From Antedon mediterranea (taxonomy: Eukaryota > Animalia > Echinodermata): 64,000 nucleotides of DNA. Below are positions 15,901 through 27,900 of this stretch, piece by piece. A model generated the notes under the pieces. That model saw nothing but the letters and a program-made list of their open reading frames with translations. It was not told where the DNA came from and searched no databases. Within the stretch, counting starts at the first letter, position 1, and each line of letters starts with the position of its first letter. The stretch is taken from NCBI RefSeq assembly GCF_964355755.1, contig NC_092674.1, positions 5,394,001-5,458,000 of the forward strand, written 5' to 3'. The position numbers and the translations under genes are program-made.

Positions 15901-18900
15901 ATGTTTTTTCTGTTATTAATCAAATGTCAGTCCTTTTTTTTTTTCCAATAATGATAACGTTACTGATATAAGAAAAACAACATACACATTATTCAAAAAT
16001 ACATGAACATTTTATGTTATATATATTATGTCTATTTATACATTCAGACAACTTTACCATGTTTTATTGCTTGCTATGTTACATGCAACTTTACATAAAA
16101 GTACCAGATGATAACAGTTTATTGTGCTACTAGTATACACACAAACAAAGGCCGTTAAAATTTGTAGGAAAAGTATGCTTTCAAAGAGCTATTCAGCATT
16201 CAGTATTAAAATACTGTACTTTTGTATTGTCATTGTCATAGTGCCATTGCTTTTAAATTGTTATTAACAATTTGCAATTACTGCCTAAATTTAAAGGAAT
16301 TGTTGTTCAATTTATTTGAATTTAAATGATGTTGATAATAATTGTTGTTCTGTTTTTCTTCTTGCTTCCATAAGTTCCTTCAGAAAAAGTACTTGCCCAA
16401 CGGAAACGTTAGTACCGTGTTTCTTATTCTATCTTTAAGTATCACGTTGTATATTCATGTTGAATTATGTTATGATGAATTAGATAGACCTGTAAATATC
16501 ATTAAAGTTCAAAGGTCAAGTGGTTTGGTACATATAATGGCAACCATTTTTCTTTACTCATTTTCACCATCATGTTATTTTTATATCTGACTCGGGTGTG
16601 AGCCCCGTTTGAACATAAACATGGGATTTTGTGTGATGTGTGTATTAAGCTCTGTCTACAGTATCAAACTTTATCTAATGTGCCCATATATGGACATGAT
16701 GATGTTATATCATTACCATATTTAGGCAAATCATACGTTTTTTTTCTCAAACTAGTTTGACAATGTCTACAGAGTTTAAATTTAAACATTTGCATGAAAT
16801 TTCTCAAATTTAGGAGTGGATTTATATCGGAGTCTATATATTTATTGATCTTTACATATTTTTTTAGAGTTATCTTCTCTGGACGTGATAAATGTTTTAT
16901 ACTGTTTTTTTTAATCTTTTGTTCTTTATCCTGTCATGTGTGTGTCATTTTCATCATATGTTTGTTAATGAACTTTATGACATTTTGTTTGTATATTTTG
17001 TGGACAATTGTCTACATCTCTTCATTTGTATTCTGAATATTTTAGTACTGATTTTGTTTACAGTAATAGAATTTGATTCAATTATAAAATTAAGTCTTTG
17101 AGTTGGATTTTTATTTTCATAATGTTATTTTTTCACTTTTGGAATTAGAAAATAAATATCATATTGGAATTATTTTTTGAAATACAGGTTTATATATACC
17201 TAGCACCTAAAACTAAAACAGTGTAGAGTGCAATCAATTGTTGAAATCTTTTATAGTATATTTGTTAATTTATACAGGGGCTTCCTCACTTGTGAGAAGC
17301 CTCTGTTCCAGTAAATATTAATTTAGTTTGGTTTTGAATTTTAAAGATTTGTTAACGTTCTTGTTTTCTTGAATAGGACGTACGAGTAGCCAACCACCGC
17401 TAGCGACAACGGATGAAACGTAAGTAGATAACTGTATAGAAACAAATGCATGCATGCTTCAATTTTGAAATGAGTACTATAGGTTCCCAGTAGAGGAACA
17501 TAGACACGTTTGTAACAAGCGCAGCATGAAAATAATGAGCTCCACTTTGTAAATATCTTAATTTCTGTAGTTGTAAATTCACATGCGCTTTTTCTGATTG
17601 TTACTAGTTATTCCAAATATGGGCATGGAAGGCATATTGAGAATTAAATTTTTAGATTTTGTCTATTACAATTTAATTTAATAGATTACAAAAATGTCTG
17701 TACACATGGTCATTAAAACATGGTGTTTAAAATTTAAACTACACTATACATGCATCTTAAAACATATATGTTCAAAATGTTTTGCTTAAGTTTAGTGGGT
17801 TTTGCATTGTGTTTATGAGGGCATTTGTATGTTTTCATTTTTTTTTAAATTAAATTTTGGCATGTTTGTTCTTGGCATTAGACTAGTGTTTGCCGTTTGA
17901 TTGTCACTTAAATATATTCCGTTTTATACAGAAAGTGTTTTACCCATTTAAGTGTTGCTGTAAATTTTTAAAAGATCTTATACCAACAAGATAGGCTGAC
18001 ATTATATTGTTTAGACCTTAGATGGTCAGGGGATGCCAAGAATATTTTTTATACCAAAGGGAGTTTTCCCTTGTGTTTTCTAACATTGTGTATTATTAGG
18101 ATAGGTGACTTTGCCATCTTTTTGGTATAAGATCTTTGGTATCATTATTTTGATACACCTTGTATGCCAACAATTTATTTATTTATATTGGCTGTATATG
18201 TTTTCTGTTATGTTTATTTATGTTCTATAGCATTAGTATAGTAAGAATTGATTGGCTAAATAGAAAGTAACTATATAAGCAAAGAACTTATAACACAAGA
18301 ATCTCCTGTTCTTCAATTTGCATTCAAAACACAGTATCGGAAGTACAGGGTTAAAAGGTCAAACTGGGCGACGCCATTTCACAGCATGGAGCAGCGCCCC
18401 CTCCAAACTAGGAAGTCAAGTACTCTACCCCCCTAGAGTATTAGCAGATCCCCTCTATGATTTTGACTTTCTAATTTGATGCGGGCGCCCTACTCCTCAG
18501 TCAATTACTCTACCCCCCTAGAGTATTAGCAGATCCCCTCTATGATTTTGACTTTCTAATTTGATGCGGGCGCCCTACTCCATGGCTCACAATGGCGCCA
18601 CCCATAGCTCTATTCTATCCCACAATGCCTTTCGAAATTGTTACGCGCTTCGGACGAACAGGAGATTCTTGTGTTATAAGTTCTTTGCTATATATATATA
18701 TGGTATAGATCATGGAGAAATAATCTAAATAAAAAATAACCTATTTCGCCATGTATAGATTAATACATTTTGTGTAACATTATTATAGAACATTTAAGTT
18801 TGTATAACTGTAGTAAATTAATTATTTCAATTTCAAACTTTTATTTCAACATAAAACCTTCTTTTTTTTGCTTAATTTATTTAACTAATTATAACACCAC

Positions 18901-21900
18901 TAACATTACAGAACTAATATCACATTAATATAACATGCACACTGTTTCTTTAATTTATTTATTATTTTTTTTATTTTTTATTGTTATTTAAAAGAAATTA
19001 AGTTTGTAAGTTATCTTTTTAGTTTCTATACAATTCTTGTTTGTAGATAATTTATAGATTTTTTTAAAAGTTAATAATGTAAAATATATGCTGTAATTAT
19101 ACTGCTTTTTTAGAAGTAAAATGAGAATATTATATTATCTTAACCTTTTTAAATATGTAATGTAGAGTAGTAGTAGTTATAATATACATTATTGTTTTAA
19201 AAAACATTTTTTTAAATATTTTTTATATGTATATAATATATATATATGTATATATATATATATGTATATAATATATCATTATATTATAATGATTAATAAT
19301 ATCAAATCACTACTAAATACACTAATGCTAATTAAAAGCTATTGCCATCATAGCTAAACCTGCAATGCTAAATTACAAACTCTGTCCATCACAAAAAGGC
19401 ATTATGGATGCTTAGTAAGTTTAAGGACATATGTCCTTTTATGTTAAAAAAAAAAATAATAGCTTTATTTGCTCCTATGCACCTATTAAGGGGACACCTT
19501 CAGGATCTAGCAAATGTCCCTTTAATAGGGGTGTCCTCTGAATAGGAGGTTAAAACATATATCTTTCCCCTTGTTTGTTTCATGAGAAAGTATCCCCTTA
19601 AATTTTCTTTATTAAATACAAAGTTTTGACATTTTACCAGTTTACAAAAAGCAAAATTGTCAGTTACTTTTTTCTTCATTGTGTACACACAGTGAAGAAT
19701 GCTTTATGCCGTAATACAGGCAATGCTATGCTATAGGCACAAAAGGTTATTTCAGTGAACCTAACTAACAAAACATGTTCTATATTACGGTAAAGTTTTT
19801 AATTGAATTTCTAATTTTTTCAATTAACATTTTGATGTCATTTGCTTGCTAACATTATCTCTGCTCTCCTTTAGTGTGCTGCGTCAACCAGCAATAGATA
19901 GGCGACCTTTTGAATCAACACTGAGCTTCTGGAAGAAGAGGTCTGTTGAAATAATTTGTAATCATATTAAGATGATAATAAATAGCAACAGAGAACAGTA
20001 TATAGTTCTGTTAAAGTATATATATAAAAAACATCACCAAAAGGAAATATTAATGACATTATCAATTTTGTTAAAAAAATGTTGTAATGTTCTGTATCAA
20101 TTGCCAGATTGTTCTTAAAGAAATCTTTTTTTTCTAAACCATTTTTCTATTTCAATTTTATGCACTAATTCAATTTTTTACACATATTGCACATGCAAAA
20201 CTTCTGAGCAAAGATACAATCCAGTTGACCTAAGATTTTGTCAAGTCTTGCCAAAGTAGATCACTAAAAAGAATAACTCATTACCATCTCAGCACTGCTC
20301 TAAAAATTTTTATCTTAACTATTTTGGTGTTTGAATTGACTAATTCATAAGTCCATGTTTGAATAAATGTATATTACATGATATGATATTACCTGATGTT
20401 TAAGCTAATAAGTGGAGAAAACAGCTTAGCTGCTTTCTTAAATGTTGGATAAATGTACATGTTATGTTGGTCAACTTATACAAAACTGACGGGTCACCAG
20501 TAGAATGATAGTGTGCTGTTTTTCACTACGTATATTTAGTAATAAGAAATTATGCTTTTAAAGATGTGGGGGGTTGGTTAATTGAGTGTATGTGTTAATG
20601 GCTACTGTGGAAAAAAAATCTTCTTGCTGACTGTTCTGGCTGCTGTAAGGTTACAACATCTACTCCTGACTGTATTGGATGCTGAGTATTGCCTCATCTG
20701 CTCTTGAGTGTATTGCATGTTCTCTGAATGTTATATAGAAACTTTCGCTCCTGGAGGCTAAATAGCAACAGTTACTCCTCGCTGCAATGAATGCCAAAGA
20801 TTCTTTCAAATGCTGGAACTAGATTTGCATCTTTGACTGCTAAAGTTACCGTAGATCATTAGTATATCCTGCGCTTACTTCTCGTTAGAATGTGAACTCA
20901 ATTTTTCTACAAACGCCATTTTGTTACAAATTACAAGAAGTAGTCTTACAATTTGCATGATGAATATAATAATTTAATTCTTTATGAAAACAATATTTTT
21001 TACTACATTTTTTTATGCAATTTTGTAATAAAAAATGTGAATGAAGTATAGTACTTCTTTCATAATATGTAATAAGTATATAGTTACCGAAATATATTTT
21101 TTATATTTACATTAGGAATTAGGTATATATTTATTTTTTAGTTATAAATGTTGAATGTTGATTCGCTTCATGTGATTGTTTTTGAGATTTGAATGCAGTT
21201 CTGAGTTACAATTATTGTTGCACATTAGTGTAGAGAAATATTTGCACTATGTAAGTTCTCACGCATGCTATTTACAATTGATTGAATGAACCTTTTGCAG
21301 GAGTGGGGGGGGGGGGTTAGGGGTTAGGAAGAAGGCATGCTTTTCTGCATGTGGTCAAGCCCTTTTCCTTTTCTCCATTTATCCCGCTTTTTTAAAAAAA
21401 TGTTTAAATTAATTTCTCTTTCCTTGCAAAATATGTAACAACCCATTCCAACATACTGTTATTACTGCTATTGCAGAACTACATGGACAATATTATTACT
21501 ACAAAAATTGTAACTGTTTAACAAACATTTCTATCACCCACCAAGCAATATCTAAACACACAAAATAAATACAAAACTTGCTTATTTCTTTGATCCTACA
21601 CCCTGATGAAACAAGCCATCAAATATCTACCATAATTTGTCTCTTCCTTGCGCAAGCTTTTCTTTGATCCTACAACCTAATGAAACAAGCCATCAAATAT
21701 CTACCATAATTTGTCTCTTCCTTGCGCAAGCTTTTCTTTGATCCTACAACCTGATGAAACAAGCCATCAAATATCTACCATAATTTGTCTCTTCCTTGTG
21801 GAAGCTTTCAAAATTTTGATCATAATAACATACCTTAATTCTCGCAGTGAGACTCAAGACTTACAGCAGGTTAAACCTAAGCCTCCACCTGCAAACGTTG

Positions 21901-24900
21901 CTAGCCCAAGTACAAACAGCAGTAGTACATCAAGCAGTAGTACATCAAACAGTGGCTTAAACTCAATCGGAGGAGGGGGAGGCGGAGGTGGCGGCGGAGG
22001 AGGAGGAGGCCCAGGAGGAGGCGGAGGAAATGCTTCAACACCAACTAGTAACACTCCTTCGACTCTGTAAGTAAAATATTATTTTATTTGTTATGTGTAA
22101 ATTTGCATAAATTGTTTATATATATTATATGTAATGTCAAACATACTGTGGAAGATATACTCTGTAAATGCCTGACAAGTAGACATTTTTTGCTAAATAA
22201 ATATATCTGGGACACTATTTTATTATTTATGAAAAGAATTGATTTTAAAATGGAGTTGTAATGATGAATTTAAATACATAATTCATTTATTATAAAACTA
22301 CTGTACTGTTCTTTAATATTCAATGAACATACTCAATATTATAAATGTGTGCACGTTTGAAATGCTACCATTTTTTGTGCTGTGTCAACAATTTTCCATC
22401 AAATATATACTTTTATATAATTTTCTATCCTTTTACTGTGGTTAAATGTGTTACTTTGCACATTTTCGAATTTTTTATTTTTTATTTGTGAAATGTAAAT
22501 GTCCACTCTACGAATGTCCTTCCGCAGAAGTAACGCAGATAGTAGATATCCGCATCCACGAAGTAACACAAACCCAGTAGCACTCCGTGCTAACGCTACC
22601 AATAGAAACAGAAGGTTTGTTGCGGTTAACATGTGTTTGCTTTTTGCCGCTGTTCGTTCTTTTGCATGCATCATCATCTTTGCATTTGTAGCTCATTTTT
22701 CGCATTTGTAGCTTGCCACGTCTGTGTTCGTCGTTGTCTGGTGTTGACGTGTGTTTCATGTTTCATATTGTTAATTTTCAACTGCACAAAAACTACAAAT
22801 TAATGGAGTACATGATAAACAAAGAGGAATGCTTACGGATTCCTTTTAACCTACACCAATTTCTGAATTGGTTTTGGTTTGTGAGGTCATTGTTTAACTC
22901 CATTACTTTGTTGTCTTTGTTGCTGTGTATTAAACTTACAGTCCCTACTACCAGCCAGTGGTGTAACTCAGAGGCCTGAGGCCCCTGGTATATGAACCCT
23001 ACGTTTTTAGGCTTTTTCTACATATTTTGCCTAGTTTTTCCTCTGGAGACTGCTCAGGAGCTCCTGTAAACTCAGGCCCCTGGGCTTAGACAGTTCGCGT
23101 TAAAAGCTGTTATGCCACTGCTATCAGCATGCATGTTTTCATGTTTATGGTTCCTTCTGTAGACTGTGTATTGCATTTCTGTCCCATATCACTGAGTATA
23201 TTTTTAAACTTAATGGCATGTCATATAATTGGGTATCTGTAAGTGTAAGCAGGATTGGGATTTAGCCTTGTAGAAAATGGTTGTACTGTACTGGGTACAG
23301 TTTAGGAAAGTTAACCAGCATGACCCACTAAGGTCACTCATTTTAGCCTTTCTGTCATATTCATATCACATTCATGACATGAAAGCTCACGCACATACTG
23401 TGCTATCCTCTAAAGCTCCACCTACATTATAACAGTTTATGTTTTAAATGGACAGGATGACATGTCACCATATTTGGGTACATCACACTTTTTGTTAAAC
23501 TAGTTTAATAGTATAGACAGAGCTTTAGTTTTTTTGTCAGCCCTTAAAATAGTGTAATAATATAGCTATAAGGTCAATGTCGTACAACAAAATTAAATAT
23601 AGTACATATATAGTACATAATATTGTGTCATTCCAATAACTATAGTATTTTTCCTATGTAATTTGAATTTGACAATGTTTAATGTCTATTTTTGTGCTTG
23701 TTCAATGTTTGTTAACAATTATCTTGGCTGCATGTAATAATAATAATATTCTGAATTTATAATGTGCCTATGTTATGAAACATCTTAAACATTGTACATA
23801 CTGAGAGAAGGGGTAAACAAAGCTAAACTGAGATATGGGGATACTCCCTTTTTGCTAACCAGAGTTCGGTCTAAATTGCACCGGTTGTGTCTCGATTATC
23901 CTGGACTCGGCCGCCCGCCTCCCTACTCTACTAATAATAAAGAAACTCTGTATGCATGAGTGAACATCTCTGCATGCATGAGTGGACAGCTCTGTATGCA
24001 TGAGTGAACAGATAGTTTTAGGATATCTGCAACAAGCTTTGTAGAATTGCAGGTTGATTGTAAATAAGTGAGCATAACTAATAGGTGTTACTAATAATGA
24101 GCTAATAATAATTTTATATGTTGTTATTTTTCTTTTCTAAAATAATTTTAAATGAATTTTTAGTAACAATAATTATGGAAATTGGCTGTACAGTCAACCA
24201 TGGAGGTGATATACCTCCATGAGTCAACTCTATAAAAACATTTTGAAAACTGGAAACTCGCAAAATAAAATTCAAGCAAACAGCAATGTTGTTTGAGTTG
24301 ACTGTACTTAATGATTGTATATTAATTTATAACCTAATTTGTCATTTTACTTGTAATTGTTTGTTTAACTTTTTATCTTGTTTGTTTAACTTTTTATCTT
24401 GTTTTAATAATTACACTAACCATAGAGATACTATAATATCTCTATGCACTAACCAATGATGCTTACTTTCTTTACTAACTAAATTTTTTACCCAATTTTT
24501 ATTGCAATACAAATACAAATTTCATACAGAATTTGTTATATATCTTGCAGTACACAATTTTAGGTACAACACATAGAACATCTCCTGTGTGTGTGTTAAA
24601 AAAAAACCATTTTTCTTTTTTAAATACATTTTGTTTTGATTACAAAAAAAAAAAATAAATAAAAAGAAAATTGTTGAAATTTTATTTTGAAGTGACATCT
24701 ACCGTATGCTTTTTACAATACTGCATAATAAATGTATATGTTATTTTTTTTTAAAGATAACCAAAATTTCAGATTTTTTAGCATTATCTGGTTCTGAACT
24801 GATGTAAATATTATGTAGATGAATGATTTTTATATACTATTAAAAACATGCCTTATATAGGCTGAAAATTTGATGCTTTTTAATACACTAAGATGATTAC

Positions 24901-27900
24901 TCGGTTTTCATCTTCCTTATTTGGTTATTTTATATTTACAGCGACCCGTGTGATTGTATGAGGAGACAGACACATTGGTAACAAAGATATCCCATAATAA
25001 TAACACTGCATCCAACTAAGGGCACATCTCAAGATTTCACCTTTCATCTCCAATTAATTTTAATTATGCGTTTCTGAAGTCTTACACTGAATAAATTATG
25101 ATGATTAATAATTAGTAGAAATAGATGTATAAGTTGAAACTAGATAAAAAAATAAAACTGCTGTGAAACCGTTCATGGCTGAACCGGTACTTTACGGTAC
25201 ATGCAAAGTGTCTGTCGGACAAATCTATTCTAATGTATGTTCCATACATCTATGGTTGTTCAAAAACAGTAACACAAAAAACGTTTTCAATCAAATACAG
25301 GAAACATAATTATTATATCTATTCCTAAAAATTATCAATTTATTTCAGAAGCTTCGGAAACTACTTAAAAGGCTAAACTCTATCATATCAAATCAGACCA
25401 ATTGTCATCTAAATTGTATTAAAACAATGTTTACACTTGTCACTAGTCAACCAATCCTTGTTGTTGTAATACAGTATAGTAACCATTCATATTATTCATC
25501 CATAAAGCTCTGTCTACGCTCTTTATGTGACAACAAAATGTGATGTGCCCATATATGGATATGATAATGTCATATCACTACCATATTTGTGTGGTAGTAT
25601 GCAATATCGATCTAGCGCCACCTAGCGGGGATCGAGAGAGGGTTTTTTAACATGGACGCGAGTCACGATAGTTGATATGTTGAATAAATGTTATTTGGAT
25701 TGTGTTTAACGGTAGTCCTATGTACGTCTGTTTGAGTACAGTGTAGCGACAACAAACAAAACATAATATGGTGTCAGAAGTGTGTCTGAATCGACTCATC
25801 CAACGCTCAGAAAGGTCAGTAACGATCGATTTCCGAGATACCTACCCCAGCGGTAGCCTAGCCTAGCGAGAATAGCGAGAGCGGTTGAACGCTCACACAA
25901 CGACGCACGACAGCGGACGATTGTAAACAAGTTGCATAGCAACCACAACGCAGTAAACCGCACAGCCTAGCCTAGGAATTAAGAGATTTGAACTCCGTAA
26001 GTTATTCAGTAATTATAAGAATAATTATGGCAACGTTCATAAAGCCACCTGAAACATTAATTGTAGATGGCAGTAATCCATCACACGCATGGAACAAGTG
26101 GAAGAGGAAATTTGAGATTTACCTCAAAGCAACAGGGAACTCTAAGAAAGAAACCGAAATCAAAGTAGGTCTGTTGCTAAACTGTATAGGCGATAACAGC
26201 ATTGACATCTACACAAATTTTAAATTCAAGCCTGCAATGCAAAATCCAGAAAATGAAGAAGAAATCCCAGCTGAGGATCCGAACGACTACACAGTCATAA
26301 TGAACAAATTTGACGAACACTTTTCTCGGCGCGACCCACAACTAATGTTACGGCAACGGTTCTGGCATCACTTACAGCGAGAACCAGGCCAGTCATTTGA
26401 TTCATGGGTCACAACGGTGAAAGAAAGGGCGGCAGAGTGTAAATTCCCAAAGGAATTTCAAGAAGAAGCAGTTAGAGACAAATTAACATTTTCGTGTACT
26501 AACGACAGCTACAAGCTGAAATTATACGACGAGGGTGCAAAGTTATCCTTGACTAAAACTACTAGAATCCTTGCACTGAAAGAGGCAACTAGTCAAGAAC
26601 TCCAGAAGTCTAAAACCGCAACCATTGACCAAGTCCGACATAAAACAAAGCCGAGACCAGCAACGCAGGGGCAAACCAAGAAACAATACTCACACAACAA
26701 GGCAGCCCGCCCACAAACGAATGAGGGGAAATGTCAGAAATGTGGATATTGTGGAAAGTCTCACCCATATGGAAAACAGAACTGTCCAGCAAAATCAGCA
26801 ACTTGTAATGCATGCGGAAAAACTGGTCACTATAAGGTAGTGTGTAGATCAACTGCAAGCCGATCAAGCAGAGTCAACCAAGTCGATGACGAACACCCTT
26901 TCCTGATAAGTGGTGTTAGTGTCCAACAAGTTAACAGGTCACAGTTGAAAGACGCACACAAACAACCTGGATGGCACATCAAACTCAGAGCAGCCGATCA
27001 AGAACTGTCATGGTGTATTGATACCGGTGCACAAGTTTCAGTGATGCCAAATATAGTGTATCAAAACCGATTCGGAGAAATGTTCCCAACCGACAAGACG
27101 CTAGTGGGTACAGGCGATACACCACTGAAAACACGAGGATTTGTGGACATGAAGCTGAAACAACAACATGGAAACAACTCGGAGATAGAAGAAAGAGTAT
27201 ATATAGTCGAGAACGCAACAACACTACTGCTAGGAGTTCCAGCAATTCGCAACCTTGGACTGATCCATGAGATACCAGGAACCTATAGTGTGAAAGCAGT
27301 TGACGTCAATTCTCCAATTACAAAGGAGAAAATAAAGGAAGAATACCCAGGACTATTCAGAGGCCTTGGTAAATTAGACGGTGAATACACCATCAAACTG
27401 AAAGAAGATACCAAACCATTTTGCCTTACAACACCAAGAAGAATTGCCCTACCACTGCTTGAAAAGACAAAGGCAGAGTTAGAGAGGATGGTGCAACTTG
27501 AAGTTATCGAACCAATCGATGAACCAACCGACTGGTGCGCACCTATAGTTGTGGTGCCGAAGCAAAATGGAGATGTACGAATTTGTGTTGACTTAACGAA
27601 GCTGAATCAGTCAGTACGAAGAGAACTATATCATATGCCAAAGGTAGAAGAGACACTTGGTAAGGTGGCGAATGGAACAGTGTTCTCAAAACTCGATGCA
27701 AACTCAGGGTTTCACCAGGTGAAGCTGAGCCTAGAAAGCACAAAATTAACTACCTTCATTACACCTTTTGGGAGGTATGTGTTTAAACGTCTTCCTTATG
27801 GGATATCGTCAGCACCGGAGTACTTCCAAAAGCAGATGGACCGAGAGCTGAGAGGTCTAGAAGGTGTTGTATGTCATATGGACGACATTCTGATCACTGG

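Noticed and set aside
14325-21328. Poly-C (~14326) and poly-G (~21305) tracts as a long-range RNA pairing
   Set aside because: Low complexity, and looping out this interval would join phase 1 to phase 2
21854-22054. Antisense poly-Pro ORF
   Set aside because: Mirror of the poly-Gly exon on the plus strand
25226-25251. CATACATCTATG flanked by TATGTTC/GTTGTTC as another footprint
   Set aside because: Only 5/7 flank match and a mismatched terminus
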